From Candidatus Dormiibacterota bacterium (GTDB taxonomy: Bacteria; Chloroflexota; Dormibacteria; Aeolococcales; Aeolococcaceae): DNA of 64,000 nt. Below, one piece after another: positions 46,236 to 55,508 of this stretch (positions within the stretch are counted from its first letter, which is position 1; every line of letters starts with the position of its first letter). The position numbers and the translations under genes were made by a program. The stretch covers positions 4,158-68,157 of the forward strand of contig JAFARE010000029.1 in assembly GCA_019245575.1 (NCBI GenBank), read 5' to 3'. Below the pieces are notes generated by a model that had not been told where the DNA came from, ran no database searches, and saw only the letters and a program-made list of their open reading frames with translations.

Positions 46236-47234
46236 GTGGCCACCCGCTCCACCTACCTGCAGCGCGCCCGCGACGAGCTGTGGAGCCGGGAGGTGTTCAC
46301 CTTCATCCCGGACCGCGACCTTCCGCCCCCCGAGGGCACCGCCGAGGCGGGCGATGGACCGGCGGTGGTCTTCACCGGGTTCCCATCCGATTACAGCCTC
46401 GCATTCCTTCTCGCCCTGCTCGAACTCGACGTCCGTGTCGTGGGGATCGTCACGTCTCCTGGCGCACATCCCGCCATCCTTGGCGACAACGCCCTGAGCC
46501 GCATCGCGGACCACCTCGGCATCGCGCTGCTGCGCGCCTGGCGGATCAATGACGAGCACTCGCGCATGCACCTCGCCGCCCTGCAGCCCGAGGCCGTCGT
46601 TATGGCCAGCTTCGACCAGATCGTGGGGCATCGCACACTGGAGATCCCGCGCGAGGGCTGGCTGAACATCCACCCGAGCCTGCTGCCGCAGTACCGTGGG
46701 CCCGAGCCGGTGTATTGGGCGATCGCCGAAGGCGCCCAGGAGACCGGCATCACGCTGCATCGCGCGGCTCCCAAGGTGGACTCCGGGCCCGTCTACGCGC
46801 AGGCTCGCGTCCCCGTCGATCCCGATGAGACGTCGGGGTCTCTCACTCGCAAGCTCGTTGCCGCGGGCGTTGAGGTGCTGCCCGCCGCGCTGCACAAGCT
46901 TCTCGCCGGCGATCCGGGATCGCAGCTCGACATGTCCGCCGCCTCCTATCGCACGTCGGTTGGGCACCGCCTGCTGACCAGCGCACGCTCCGCAACCGAG
47001 GCTGAGCGGATGGTGCGCGCCGGCGTGCCCAACATGCTGGCGTGGGCGCAGCTGGACGGACATGTCGCCTACGTGTGGAAAGCCCGCCTGGTGAGCAACG
47101 GCAATCCCGCACGTCTGCCGGTGCTCAAGTTCCCCGACGGCAGCCTGCAGATCCTTGAAGCGTCTGACAGTTGTGGCTGCCATCACGACGTGCTGGACTG
47201 CCCACACCGCGGGGGCGACGTCGCGAGCCTGTAG
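46236..47234 (+). CDS. Formyltransferase family protein (Fmt/PurN-like N-terminal domain)
   Basis: 332 aa. Motif NIHPSLLPQYRGPEPVYWAI (folate-dependent formyl transferase HxSLLPxxRG). Confidence 0.7.
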   Translation: MATRSTYLQRARDELWSREVFTFIPDRDLPPPEGTAEAGDGPAVVFTGFPSDYSLAFLLALLELDVRVVGIVTSPGAHPAILGDNALSRIADHLGIALLRAWRINDEHSRMHLAALQPEAVVMASFDQIVGHRTLEIPREGWLNIHPSLLPQYRGPEPVYWAIAEGAQETGITLHRAAPKVDSGPVYAQARVPVDPDETSGSLTRKLVAAGVEVLPAALHKLLAGDPGSQLDMSAASYRTSVGHRLLTSARSATEAERMVRAGVPNMLAWAQLDGHVAYVWKARLVSNGNPARLPVLKFPDGSLQILEASDSCGCHHDVLDCPHRGGDVASL

Positions 47235-47280
47235 CGATGCTGGCGCTTTTCCCGGCTGCGGGTATGATTCGCGCCAGGGA

Positions 47281-47727
47281 ATGCCAGCTGCCGCTCCTCG
47301 CGTTCTCCTTGTGGAGGACGACGACGCCGTACGCGGCTTCCTCGGCCGGGCGCTCGAGAGGGGCGGCTGGGAATCAACGGGTGTGCGCACCGGAGAGGAA
47401 GCCTTTGAGATCGTGCACGCCGACTCGTCCATCGGTGCGGTGCTGATCGACGGGCTGCTGCCTGACATGCACGGCGTGCGCGTGGCGCACCGCCTGCTCG
47501 ACGATCCCGCCGCCAAGCGCATCGGCATCGGTTTCATCAGCGGTGCCATCCGTGAGCACCAGCCCGCCGAGTCGGGCATCGCGGCACTGAGCAAGCCGGT
47601 GCGTCTGCCCGACCTGCTGGCCACCGTGCAGGCCCTGCTGGACTGGCACGAATACGGCACCGACGACACCGACACGAGGCGGAGCGTGGTCAAGCGCTTC
47701 GAGCAGGGCTTCCTCGTCGGCCCCTGA
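47281..47727 (+). CDS. Single-domain response regulator (receiver only)
   Basis: About 148 aa from MPAAAPRVLLVEDDDAVRGFL. Phospho-acceptor region VLIDGLLPDMHG. No output domain. Confidence 0.75.
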   Translation: MPAAAPRVLLVEDDDAVRGFLGRALERGGWESTGVRTGEEAFEIVHADSSIGAVLIDGLLPDMHGVRVAHRLLDDPAAKRIGIGFISGAIREHQPAESGIAALSKPVRLPDLLATVQALLDWHEYGTDDTDTRRSVVKRFEQGFLVGP

Positions 47728-47751
47728 GCCCCGCGTGGCACCATCAGCCGC

Positions 47752-48162
47752 GTGAGCGAGGCTTCGCCGCTGTCGCAGCTGCCCTATCAGGTCACGCACC
47801 AGGAGTTCCTGCGCACCGCGGGATCGGTCGCAGAGGGCGGCGCATGCTGCGTTTTCGTCATAGATGACGCGATCCCGGCCGCGGCCCGGGCCGGCTATGC
47901 GGGGCTGGTCATCGCCTTCGCGCGCGCCGACGAGCCGGTGTACATCCCCGACGACGGCAGCGCCACATTGCTGATCCGCGCCGGCGGCGTGGACGCCGGC
48001 AGGATCGCCGCCGGCCGCGTCATCGGTCAGCTGCGACGGTTCGCCCTGCATCAGACGCTTCGCGCGGCCGTCGCGCCGCTCGACGCGGACGCGGACGCGG
48101 CGGTGGCGCGGGCGCGGGCCGCCGCGGAGAGCGCACCGCCGGGCGACGTCGTCCTCGGCTGA
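47752..48162 (+). CDS. Hypothetical protein
   Basis: 136 aa. In-frame ORF with high-GC codon bias, no recognisable motif. Confidence 0.4.
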   Translation: MSEASPLSQLPYQVTHQEFLRTAGSVAEGGACCVFVIDDAIPAAARAGYAGLVIAFARADEPVYIPDDGSATLLIRAGGVDAGRIAAGRVIGQLRRFALHQTLRAAVAPLDADADAAVARARAAAESAPPGDVVLG

Positions 48163-48198
48163 CCGCCGGCACTCTCCCCGGGCAGATAAGCTGGGTCG

Positions 48199-49092
48199 AT
48201 GCCGCAGCCGCTGCTGGAACGCATCGCGCGCAGTCAGAACTGGCTGGAACCCACGGCCGACTGGCTGCAGAAGCTCGTCACCGGAATCTACTCGGGCCTC
48301 GGAGGATCCGGCCGGCAGCTCAAGAGCCTGCTGAACGGCACCTTCATCCTTCGCCATCCGCTCCATCCCGCCCTCACCGACGTGCCGATCGGCGCGTGGA
48401 CGGTCGGCGTCATCGCGGATTACGCGGCGCACTTCACCAGCCGCATCCCGGAGTCGGCCGGCGACATCGCCCTCGCCGTCGGCCTCATCGTCGCTCTGGC
48501 AGCGCTGATCACCGGCTACACCGACTTCATGGACACACTCGCGCTGGAGCGGCGCTTCGCCACGGCGCATGGACTCACCATGACGCTGGTCATCGCAATC
48601 GACGCGGTGTCGATGTTCCTGCGCTGGTTCGCCGGCGCGGGCGCGCACCCCGTCGCCGTGGCGCTGTCGACCGTCGGCTGGGTGCTAGTCCTCGTGGGTG
48701 CCTGGTACGGCGGCCACGTCGTGTTCGGCACCGGTTACGCGGTCAACCGTGAAGCGTTCCTGGACGGCCCCAGCGACTGGGCCGACGCCGGCGCTGCGGC
48801 CGACATCCCGGTCGCCGGTCTCCACGTTGCCGAGGCCGGCGGCATGCAGGTGCTGCTGGTGCGCGAAGGCGCACGGATCTGCGCGCTCTCCGACGTGTGC
48901 TCGCACGCGGGCGGCCCGCTGCACGAGGGCACACTCCAGAACGGGATCGTGCAGTGTCCATGGCACAGCTCGCGGTTCCGCATCCGCGACGGGCGCGCCG
49001 TCGGGGGGCCCGCCACCTTCGATCAGCCGGTGCTCGAGGTGCGCGAGGTCGACGGCCGAGTCATGGTGAAGCTGGAGTCGCCGCTGCACTGA
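48199..49092 (+). CDS. Rieske [2Fe-2S] domain protein fused to an N-terminal multi-TM domain
   Basis: 297 aa. Four hydrophobic segments, then Rieske motifs CSHAGGPL and CPWHSSRF. Confidence 0.7.
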   Translation: MPQPLLERIARSQNWLEPTADWLQKLVTGIYSGLGGSGRQLKSLLNGTFILRHPLHPALTDVPIGAWTVGVIADYAAHFTSRIPESAGDIALAVGLIVALAALITGYTDFMDTLALERRFATAHGLTMTLVIAIDAVSMFLRWFAGAGAHPVAVALSTVGWVLVLVGAWYGGHVVFGTGYAVNREAFLDGPSDWADAGAAADIPVAGLHVAEAGGMQVLLVREGARICALSDVCSHAGGPLHEGTLQNGIVQCPWHSSRFRIRDGRAVGGPATFDQPVLEVREVDGRVMVKLESPLH

Positions 49093-49123
49093 GCCGCTGC
49101 GCGCGTCGCTAGAGTGCGTCGCG

Positions 49124-51169
49124 ATGGCACGGCGGATCCTGGTGGCGACCGACCTGTCCGACACGGCGTCGGAAGCCGTGCGCTGGGCCGCCGACAGCGC
49201 CAGGCGCGACGCCGCCGAGCTCGTGCTGCTGCGTGTCGCGGCACCCGAGCACCCGGATGCGGCGGCTTCGACCGAGGATGTGCATCCGCTGCCGGACTCA
49301 CAGCTCACGTCGATTGCGCAGGAGCTCGCGGGCAAACGTGGCCGCGGCCTGGTTGTCGCCTCCGCGGACGCGGCTGAGGCGATCGTTCACGTCGCCGAAC
49401 AGGAGCGCGTCGACCTCATCGTGTGCGGCAACGTGGGCATGCGCGGGCGCAAGGAGTTCCTGCTGCACAACGTGCCCAACCGCGTGTCGCACATGGCGCG
49501 CTGCAGCGTCGTGCTGGTGAACACGGCGGGCGAGGGTGAGGATGGGCACCGGCCGCACTTCCACCGCCACCGGCCCGCGCCGCATGTGGCGGCCGATCCG
49601 GAGCAGTACGAGGGACAGATGCTCGGGCGCGCAGCCGAGATCGGACGTGTCGTCGCCGCGCTCGGCGTGCGCGAGGCGTTCACGGCGCGGCGGCACCACG
49701 ACCTCGCCCGCGAGGCACAGCTCCTGCGCGCGTCGCTGGAGAAGCTCGGGCCCACCTTCGAGAAATTGGGTCAGATGCTGTCCACCCGCCCCGATCTCCT
49801 GCCCCGCTAGTTCATCGCAGAGCTCGAGACGCTGCAGGACGACGTCCCGCCGCTCACGCAGGCGGAAGTCGTGCGCGTCATGGAGGAGGAGCTGCACGTC
49901 CCCTGGGAGGACGTGTTCGAGAGCATCGAGCCGCAGCCAATCGCCGCGGGAACCATCGCGCAGGTGCATCGGGCCGTGCTCGCCGGCGGCGACCACGTCG
50001 TGGTGAAGGTGCAGCGCCCCAGCGCGGAGGAGGAGATGGGCAAGGACCTCGCGCTGCTGCAGCTGTTCGGCCAGCGCGCGCGCGGCCGCGTGGGTTTCGA
50101 GCAGATCGTCGACCTGCCCGCGATCATCGACTCGCTGACGGAGTCACTGCAGCGCGAGCTCGACTTCACGCAGGAGGCGCACAACCTGGAGCGGATGCGC
50201 GAGGTGCTGGAGCCGTTCAGCCGCCTCGACGTCCCCCGCGTCTACGGCGACTACTCGACGCACCGTCTCCTCGTGATGGAGGATGTCGAAGGCGTGCCGC
50301 TGCTTGAGTCGGAAGCGTCAGCCGAGCGCAACGAGGCAGCGATCCAGCTCGTCGAGTCCTACTACCAGCAGGTGCTCACCGCGGGCTTCTTCCACGCCGA
50401 TCCGCACCCGGGAAACCTGATGTGGTGGAACGACAAGATCTACATGCTCGACCTGGGCATGGTCGGCGAGATCGACGATCCGACCCGGGAGCTGCTCGGC
50501 TTCCTGCTCCTGGCGTTCTGGCGCGAGGACGTCGCCTTCCTTGCCGACGTGATCCTGATGCTGGCGGAACGACACGGGTCGGTGCAGGAGGAGGCATTCC
50601 ACGCGGAGCTCGGCGACTTGGTGCAGCGCTACCGCCATCTCGCGCTGGAGCAGTTCCGCATGGGCGCCATGCTGCAGGACCTCACCGAGCTCTGCGTGCG
50701 TCACGGGATTCGCATGCCCGCGTCACTCGCGCTCATCGGCAAGGCGCTGGGACAGATGCAGCTGGCCGCGGCGAGCGTCGACCCCGGCATCGACCCGTTC
50801 GCGGTGGCGGGGCGGTTTTTCACGCGGCGTCTCACCACCAACGTGCGCGACATGCTCGGCCCACACCGCCTCTTCTACAACGCGCAGAAGGTGCGCCTGC
50901 GCGTCAACAGCCTGCTCGCGTCACTGGAGAAGCTCACCGGCGCGCGTCCCGGGTTCGAGCCGCGCGTGGTCTTCAGCGGAACCGAGCGGCTGGAGAACAC
51001 GATCCGGCGGGCCGCGCGGCGACTGGCGCTCTCATTCGTCGGCACCGGCGCGTTCCTGGTGTGCGGGCTCACCGCCAGCTTCGGTCACGTGGCGCCGTGG
51101 GTCACCGCGTTGTTCGGCGCCGTGGGCGGCCTCTTCGCCGCAGTCTTCCTGATCGACCTGCTCCACTGA
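49124..51169 (+). pseudogene. Universal stress protein (UspA) domain fused to an ABC1/UbiB-family atypical kinase, interrupted by one in-frame TAG (49808-49810)
   Basis: ORFs 49124..49810 and 49871..51169 are in the same frame. The sequence reads ...[47 protein letters not shown], a contiguous match to the conserved UbiB N-terminal motif (KLGQ.LSTR.DL.P.EY..EL..LQD.VPP). The TAG sits where Glu (GAG) is expected. Downstream are HADPHPGNL and a C-terminal TM segment. Confidence 0.5.
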
Positions 51170-51363
51170 CCTGCAGCGCGCCTAGCGGCGCGCGAAGACG
51201 CGGCGCAGGCGTCGGTCGAGCACGGCCGCGATCACCGACATGATCGAGCCGAGCACCAGCCGCTCGACGCGGCAGCGCAGCGAGCGCCGGCGCCTGGCCG
51301 CCACCGCCGCCGACTCGGCCTCCCCACTCACGGTGCGCATCGTGACACGCGCCCGGTCACCGC

Positions 51364-53103
51364 TCAAGCGCCGGTCGCCGGCGCCTCACCCCACACGGCG
51401 ACGGAGTCGGGGACGAGCGTCCACGCGGTCTCGTTGAGGACCGGCTGGGAGACGAGCATCAGCGGCCGGCCGGCCGCCTCGCGCACGGTCAGCGCATCGC
51501 CGCCCAGGTTGCACGCAACCAGCAGCCCGGCGACCTCGAGAAAGAGCGCGCGACGGGTGTTGTCGCACCACGACCGCACGGATGACGGGAAGCAGTCGCC
51601 CAGCGCCAGCGCGCGGCGCAAGGCGATCAGCGCGCGATACCACCGCAGCATCGCGTCATGCTCCGGCTCCCCAACCTCGTCCCAGCGCAGCTTCGACCGC
51701 TCGAAGGTCGCGACTGCCTGCGGGTCCGGGACGTCCTCGGGCCTCCAGCCGAACTCGCGAAACTCGCTGCGGCGCCCCTCGCTCACCGCGCGCTGCACCT
51801 GGGGATCGCCGAAGTCGGTGAAGTACTGGAACGGCGTGCCCGCGCCCCACTCCTCGCCCTGAAACAGCAGCGGCACCGACGGCGCCAGCAGCGTGAGTGC
51901 GGCGGCGATGCGCATGCGCCCGGGGGTCACGAGCGCGTTCAGCCGGTCACCCGCGGCGCGGTTGCCGACCTGGTCGTGGTTCTGCGCATACCCCACGAAG
52001 CGCGCCAGGGGCATCTCGCCGATCGAGCGGCCGAAGCTGCGGCGCCGGAAATGCGAGTACTGACCCGTGTACACGAACGCCTGACGCAGCGCGGTGGCGA
52101 CGTCGTCGAGCGAGCCGAAGTCGAGGTAGTAGCCGTTGCGCTCGCCGCTGAGAGCGGCATGCAGCGCGTGATGGAAGTTGTCGTTCCACTGCGCGTGCAG
52201 CCCATAGCCTCCCAGACGCCGCTCCGACACCAGCCGTGGGTCGTTGGCGTCGCTCTCCGCGATGATCCACAGGTCCCGTCCCAGTTCGTCGCCCAATGCC
52301 TCAACGCGCGTGGCCAGCTCCTCGAGGATGTGCGTGGCGGAGGTGTCGGTGATGGCGTGCACCGCGTCCAGGCGGAGGCCGTCGCAGTGGTAGTCGCGCA
52401 GCCACATGAGGGCGTTGTCCACGATGAACTCGCGCACCCAGTCGCTGTCCTCGCCATCCAGGTTGAACGCCTGTCCCCACGGCGTCGCGTACCGGTCGGT
52501 GAAGTACGGCGCGTACGAGCCCAGATAGTTGCCCTCCGGCCCGACGTGGTTGTAGACGGCGTCGATGACGACGGCGAGTCCTCGCGCGTGGCACGCGTCG
52601 ACAAGCTGCTTCAGACCGTCGGGGCCGCCGTACGCGCTGTGCGGCGCGAAGAGATCGACCCCGTCGTAGCCCCAGCCGCGCGACCCTGCGAACTGCGCCA
52701 TCGGCATCAGCTCCACCGCGGTGACGCCGAGATCGCGCACATGGTCGAGACGCTCGATGGCGGAGGCGAATGTGCCCTCTGGCGTGAAGGTTCCGACGTG
52801 CAACTCATAGATGACCGCGTTGCGCAGGGGCGAGCCGTGCCACCCTGCATCCGTCCACGGGAATGCGCTGTGGTCGACCAGCTGCGACAGCCCGTGCACG
52901 CCGTCGGGCTGCGCGGGCGACCGTGGGTCGGGCAGCGGATCGCCGCCGTCGATGCTGAAGCCGTAGCGATCGCCAGGCGCGGCGCTCTCGACGGCGAGCT
53001 CCCACCATCCGCCGTCACCGACGCGCATGTCGCTCTCCTCGCCGTTGTGATGCAGGCGGACGCGCTGCGCGGCGAGGGCCCACACGCGAAAGGTGTGACT
53101 CAT
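51364..53103 (-). CDS. treZ: Malto-oligosyltrehalose trehalohydrolase
   Basis: 579 aa. GH13 with TreZ-type N-terminus TFRVWALAAQRVRL. Catalytic regions GLRLDAVHAI and EL...HDQ. ATGA overlap with the treY stop. Confidence 0.85.
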   Translation of the reverse strand: MSHTFRVWALAAQRVRLHHNGEESDMRVGDGGWWELAVESAAPGDRYGFSIDGGDPLPDPRSPAQPDGVHGLSQLVDHSAFPWTDAGWHGSPLRNAVIYELHVGTFTPEGTFASAIERLDHVRDLGVTAVELMPMAQFAGSRGWGYDGVDLFAPHSAYGGPDGLKQLVDACHARGLAVVIDAVYNHVGPEGNYLGSYAPYFTDRYATPWGQAFNLDGEDSDWVREFIVDNALMWLRDYHCDGLRLDAVHAITDTSATHILEELATRVEALGDELGRDLWIIAESDANDPRLVSERRLGGYGLHAQWNDNFHHALHAALSGERNGYYLDFGSLDDVATALRQAFVYTGQYSHFRRRSFGRSIGEMPLARFVGYAQNHDQVGNRAAGDRLNALVTPGRMRIAAALTLLAPSVPLLFQGEEWGAGTPFQYFTDFGDPQVQRAVSEGRRSEFREFGWRPEDVPDPQAVATFERSKLRWDEVGEPEHDAMLRWYRALIALRRALALGDCFPSSVRSWCDNTRRALFLEVAGLLVACNLGGDALTVREAAGRPLMLVSQPVLNETAWTLVPDSVAVWGEAPATGA

Positions 53104-55508
53104 GGCGCGAGCACCAGGAGCGCCACCGGGAACTCGTGCAGCAGCTCGCCGAGGCCCACCCGGCCCCCGGTGATGCCGTCACCGGTGAGCGCGTTGCGCC
53201 ATGTGCCGCCCGGAATCTCCAGGGAGGTGTCAGCCCAGTCGCCATGCACCGAGTGGGCCAGGCGCACGGCTACAGTGACAACGCCTGCACTCGCGCCGTG
53301 CTCGCCGCGCGCATAGGCGACCACGTGCCCCGCCCGGGCGCCGTCTGCGAGCAGCGGCTGGTACCACGAGCGCTCGCCGAACACCGGGGGCCGCTCGGCG
53401 CGCACGCGCAGCGCTGTGCGGATCAGATGGAGCTTGGGCACGCCCTCGGCCGCGCGCTGCATGATCTGCGCTCCGCTCAGCCCGTCCAGCTCGCGCAGCA
53501 GGCGGCGGCGCAGCTCGTAGTCGACCGGCGTGCGGTTGTCGGGGTCGACCAGCCGCAGATCCCACAGCTCGCTTCCCTGGTAGATGTCAGGGACGCCCGG
53601 GCTCGTCAGCTTGAGCAGCGTCTGCGACAGCGACGCCACCTGCCACTCCGGAGTTATGGAATCGACAAGTCCTTGCACCTCGACGCTGATCGATGCGTGG
53701 TTGACGACTCCGCGGACGAACGTGTCCAGAGCCGCCTCGTAGGACGAATCGGGGTCGAGCCAGCTCGTCTCCCGCTTGGCTTCGCGAGCGGCCTTGAGCA
53801 GGTATGCGCAGGCCCGGTCCGCATCGAGAGGATGCGCGCCGACCAGCGTCTGATACAGCAGATATTCGGCGGAGCGCGACGGTGCTCCCTCGCTGCGGTA
53901 AGGAGCAGCCCACTCACTCCATCGCCGCACCGCGTCCATCCACGCATCCGGCATCTCCGAGAGCATCACGATGCGCACCCGGGCGTCCTCACCCCGCTTC
54001 GTGTCGTGCGTGGACGTGGCGAGGAGCGTCAGCGGCCGGCGTCTCGCGATGCGAACGGCGGAGGCATGCAGATCGGTCACGCCATCCACATGGCAGGGAT
54101 CCGAGCCCACCTCGTTCAGCGAGACCAGAGGCACGTCGCGATAGAAGGCGGTGTCCTCCACACCCTTCGCCATCACCGCCGAGCTCACCTGCTGGAAGCG
54201 GGTGCGCAACTCGACGGCCGCGTCAACAAGCGTGCCGTCGCCGGCGAGCACGCTCACCAGCGCGTCGAGACGATCTTCGTCGCACCGGCCCGACGAGCGC
54301 GCCGACGTGACGGCCTGGTCCAGCACCCGCCGGTCGGCTTCGCGCAGCCCGTCCGCGCGAGACGGATACATCCGGTACACCGGCATGCCGCAGAGCAGCT
54401 CTTCCAGCTCAGCTGCTGCGCCGGGGATGTCCGCTGCCTCCGCCGCACGCGTGAGCCGTCCCAGCTCGGACTGCAGCAGCTCCCTCAGGACCGCGCGACG
54501 TGAGTCGTACGACACATGCGCGAAGCCGCCGTCGTCGCCGGCGAACGCCGCATACGCGGCCCGCATCGCGCGCAGGCCTCGGTCATCGATGCCGAGCGCT
54601 CCGGCACGCTCGATGAACTCGTACCCCGTCGTTCCCGCGACATCCCAGCCCTCGGGCAGCTCCTCATCTGCTGCGAGGATCTTCTCCACCACGATCCAGG
54701 CGTCGGGCGCTGCGCGGCGGAGCCGCGCGAGATACCCGCCCGGATCGCGCAGGCCGTCGACGTGGTCCACGCGGAGACCATCCACGACCCCGTCGCTCAC
54801 CAGCCGCAGGACGCGCTCGTGCACAGCGTCGAACACGCGCGCATCCTCGACGCGCACGCCAGCGAGCGAAGCGATGTCGAAGAAGCGCCGGTAGTTGATG
54901 CGGCGCAGTCCTGTGCGCCAGTGCTCGAGCACGTAGTGCTGCCGCTGCAGCAGGGTGAGATCGACCGCGGCTGCATCGCCGGCGTCAGCGTCGCGCAGCG
55001 GAAAACGCGTCTCGAAATAGCTGAGCTCGGGGCCGCGGGCACCCGGCTCGAGGCGCAGCTCGCCCTTCGCCAGCACGGTTTCGAGCGGATCGCCCAGCAC
55101 GGGCAGCAGGACCCGGCCCTCCAAACCGGGAGCCTCCCACTCGACGTCGAAGAAGTCCGCGTACGGGCTGGCCCGCCCCTGACGAAGCACATCCCACCAC
55201 CACCGGTTGAGCGGTGAGCTCACGCACATGTGATTGGGCACGATGTCGAGCAGCTGTCCCATCCCGTGCGTGCGCAGCGCCCCGTCCAGCAGCCCGAGCC
55301 CCTCCTCCCCGCCCAGGTCGTCGCTCACATGCGTGGGATCCACCACGTCATAGCCGTGCGTGCTCCCGGGCGCCGCCTGCATGTACGGCGAGCAGTACAG
55401 GTGACTCACACCCAGCGCAGCGAGATACGGGATGATCTGCGTTGCCGCCGCGAAATCGAACTCAGCGCGCAGCTGCACGCGGTACGTGCAGCGGGGTTGC
55501 GTCCTCAC
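53100..55508 (-). CDS. treY: Malto-oligosyltrehalose synthase
   Basis: About 802 aa from the GTG (VRTQPRCTYRVQLRAEFDF..., the TreY N-terminal TYRLQ pattern) that overlaps the malQ stop (GTGA). The 142-codon upstream extension of the ORF is non-coding-like. Confidence 0.8.
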   Translation of the reverse strand: MRTQPRCTYRVQLRAEFDFAAATQIIPYLAALGVSHLYCSPYMQAAPGSTHGYDVVDPTHVSDDLGGEEGLGLLDGALRTHGMGQLLDIVPNHMCVSSPLNRWWWDVLRQGRASPYADFFDVEWEAPGLEGRVLLPVLGDPLETVLAKGELRLEPGARGPELSYFETRFPLRDADAGDAAAVDLTLLQRQHYVLEHWRTGLRRINYRRFFDIASLAGVRVEDARVFDAVHERVLRLVSDGVVDGLRVDHVDGLRDPGGYLARLRRAAPDAWIVVEKILAADEELPEGWDVAGTTGYEFIERAGALGIDDRGLRAMRAAYAAFAGDDGGFAHVSYDSRRAVLRELLQSELGRLTRAAEAADIPGAAAELEELLCGMPVYRMYPSRADGLREADRRVLDQAVTSARSSGRCDEDRLDALVSVLAGDGTLVDAAVELRTRFQQVSSAVMAKGVEDTAFYRDVPLVSLNEVGSDPCHVDGVTDLHASAVRIARRRPLTLLATSTHDTKRGEDARVRIVMLSEMPDAWMDAVRRWSEWAAPYRSEGAPSRSAEYLLYQTLVGAHPLDADRACAYLLKAAREAKRETSWLDPDSSYEAALDTFVRGVVNHASISVEVQGLVDSITPEWQVASLSQTLLKLTSPGVPDIYQGSELWDLRLVDPDNRTPVDYELRRRLLRELDGLSGAQIMQRAAEGVPKLHLIRTALRVRAERPPVFGERSWYQPLLADGARAGHVVAYARGEHGASAGVVTVAVRLAHSVHGDWADTSLEIPGGTWRNALTGDGITGGRVGLGELLHEFPVALLVLAP

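Noticed and set aside
53136-54503. 455-aa plus-strand ORF inside treY
   Set aside because: Opposite strand of a GH13/TreY gene with conserved motifs. Low-complexity translation.
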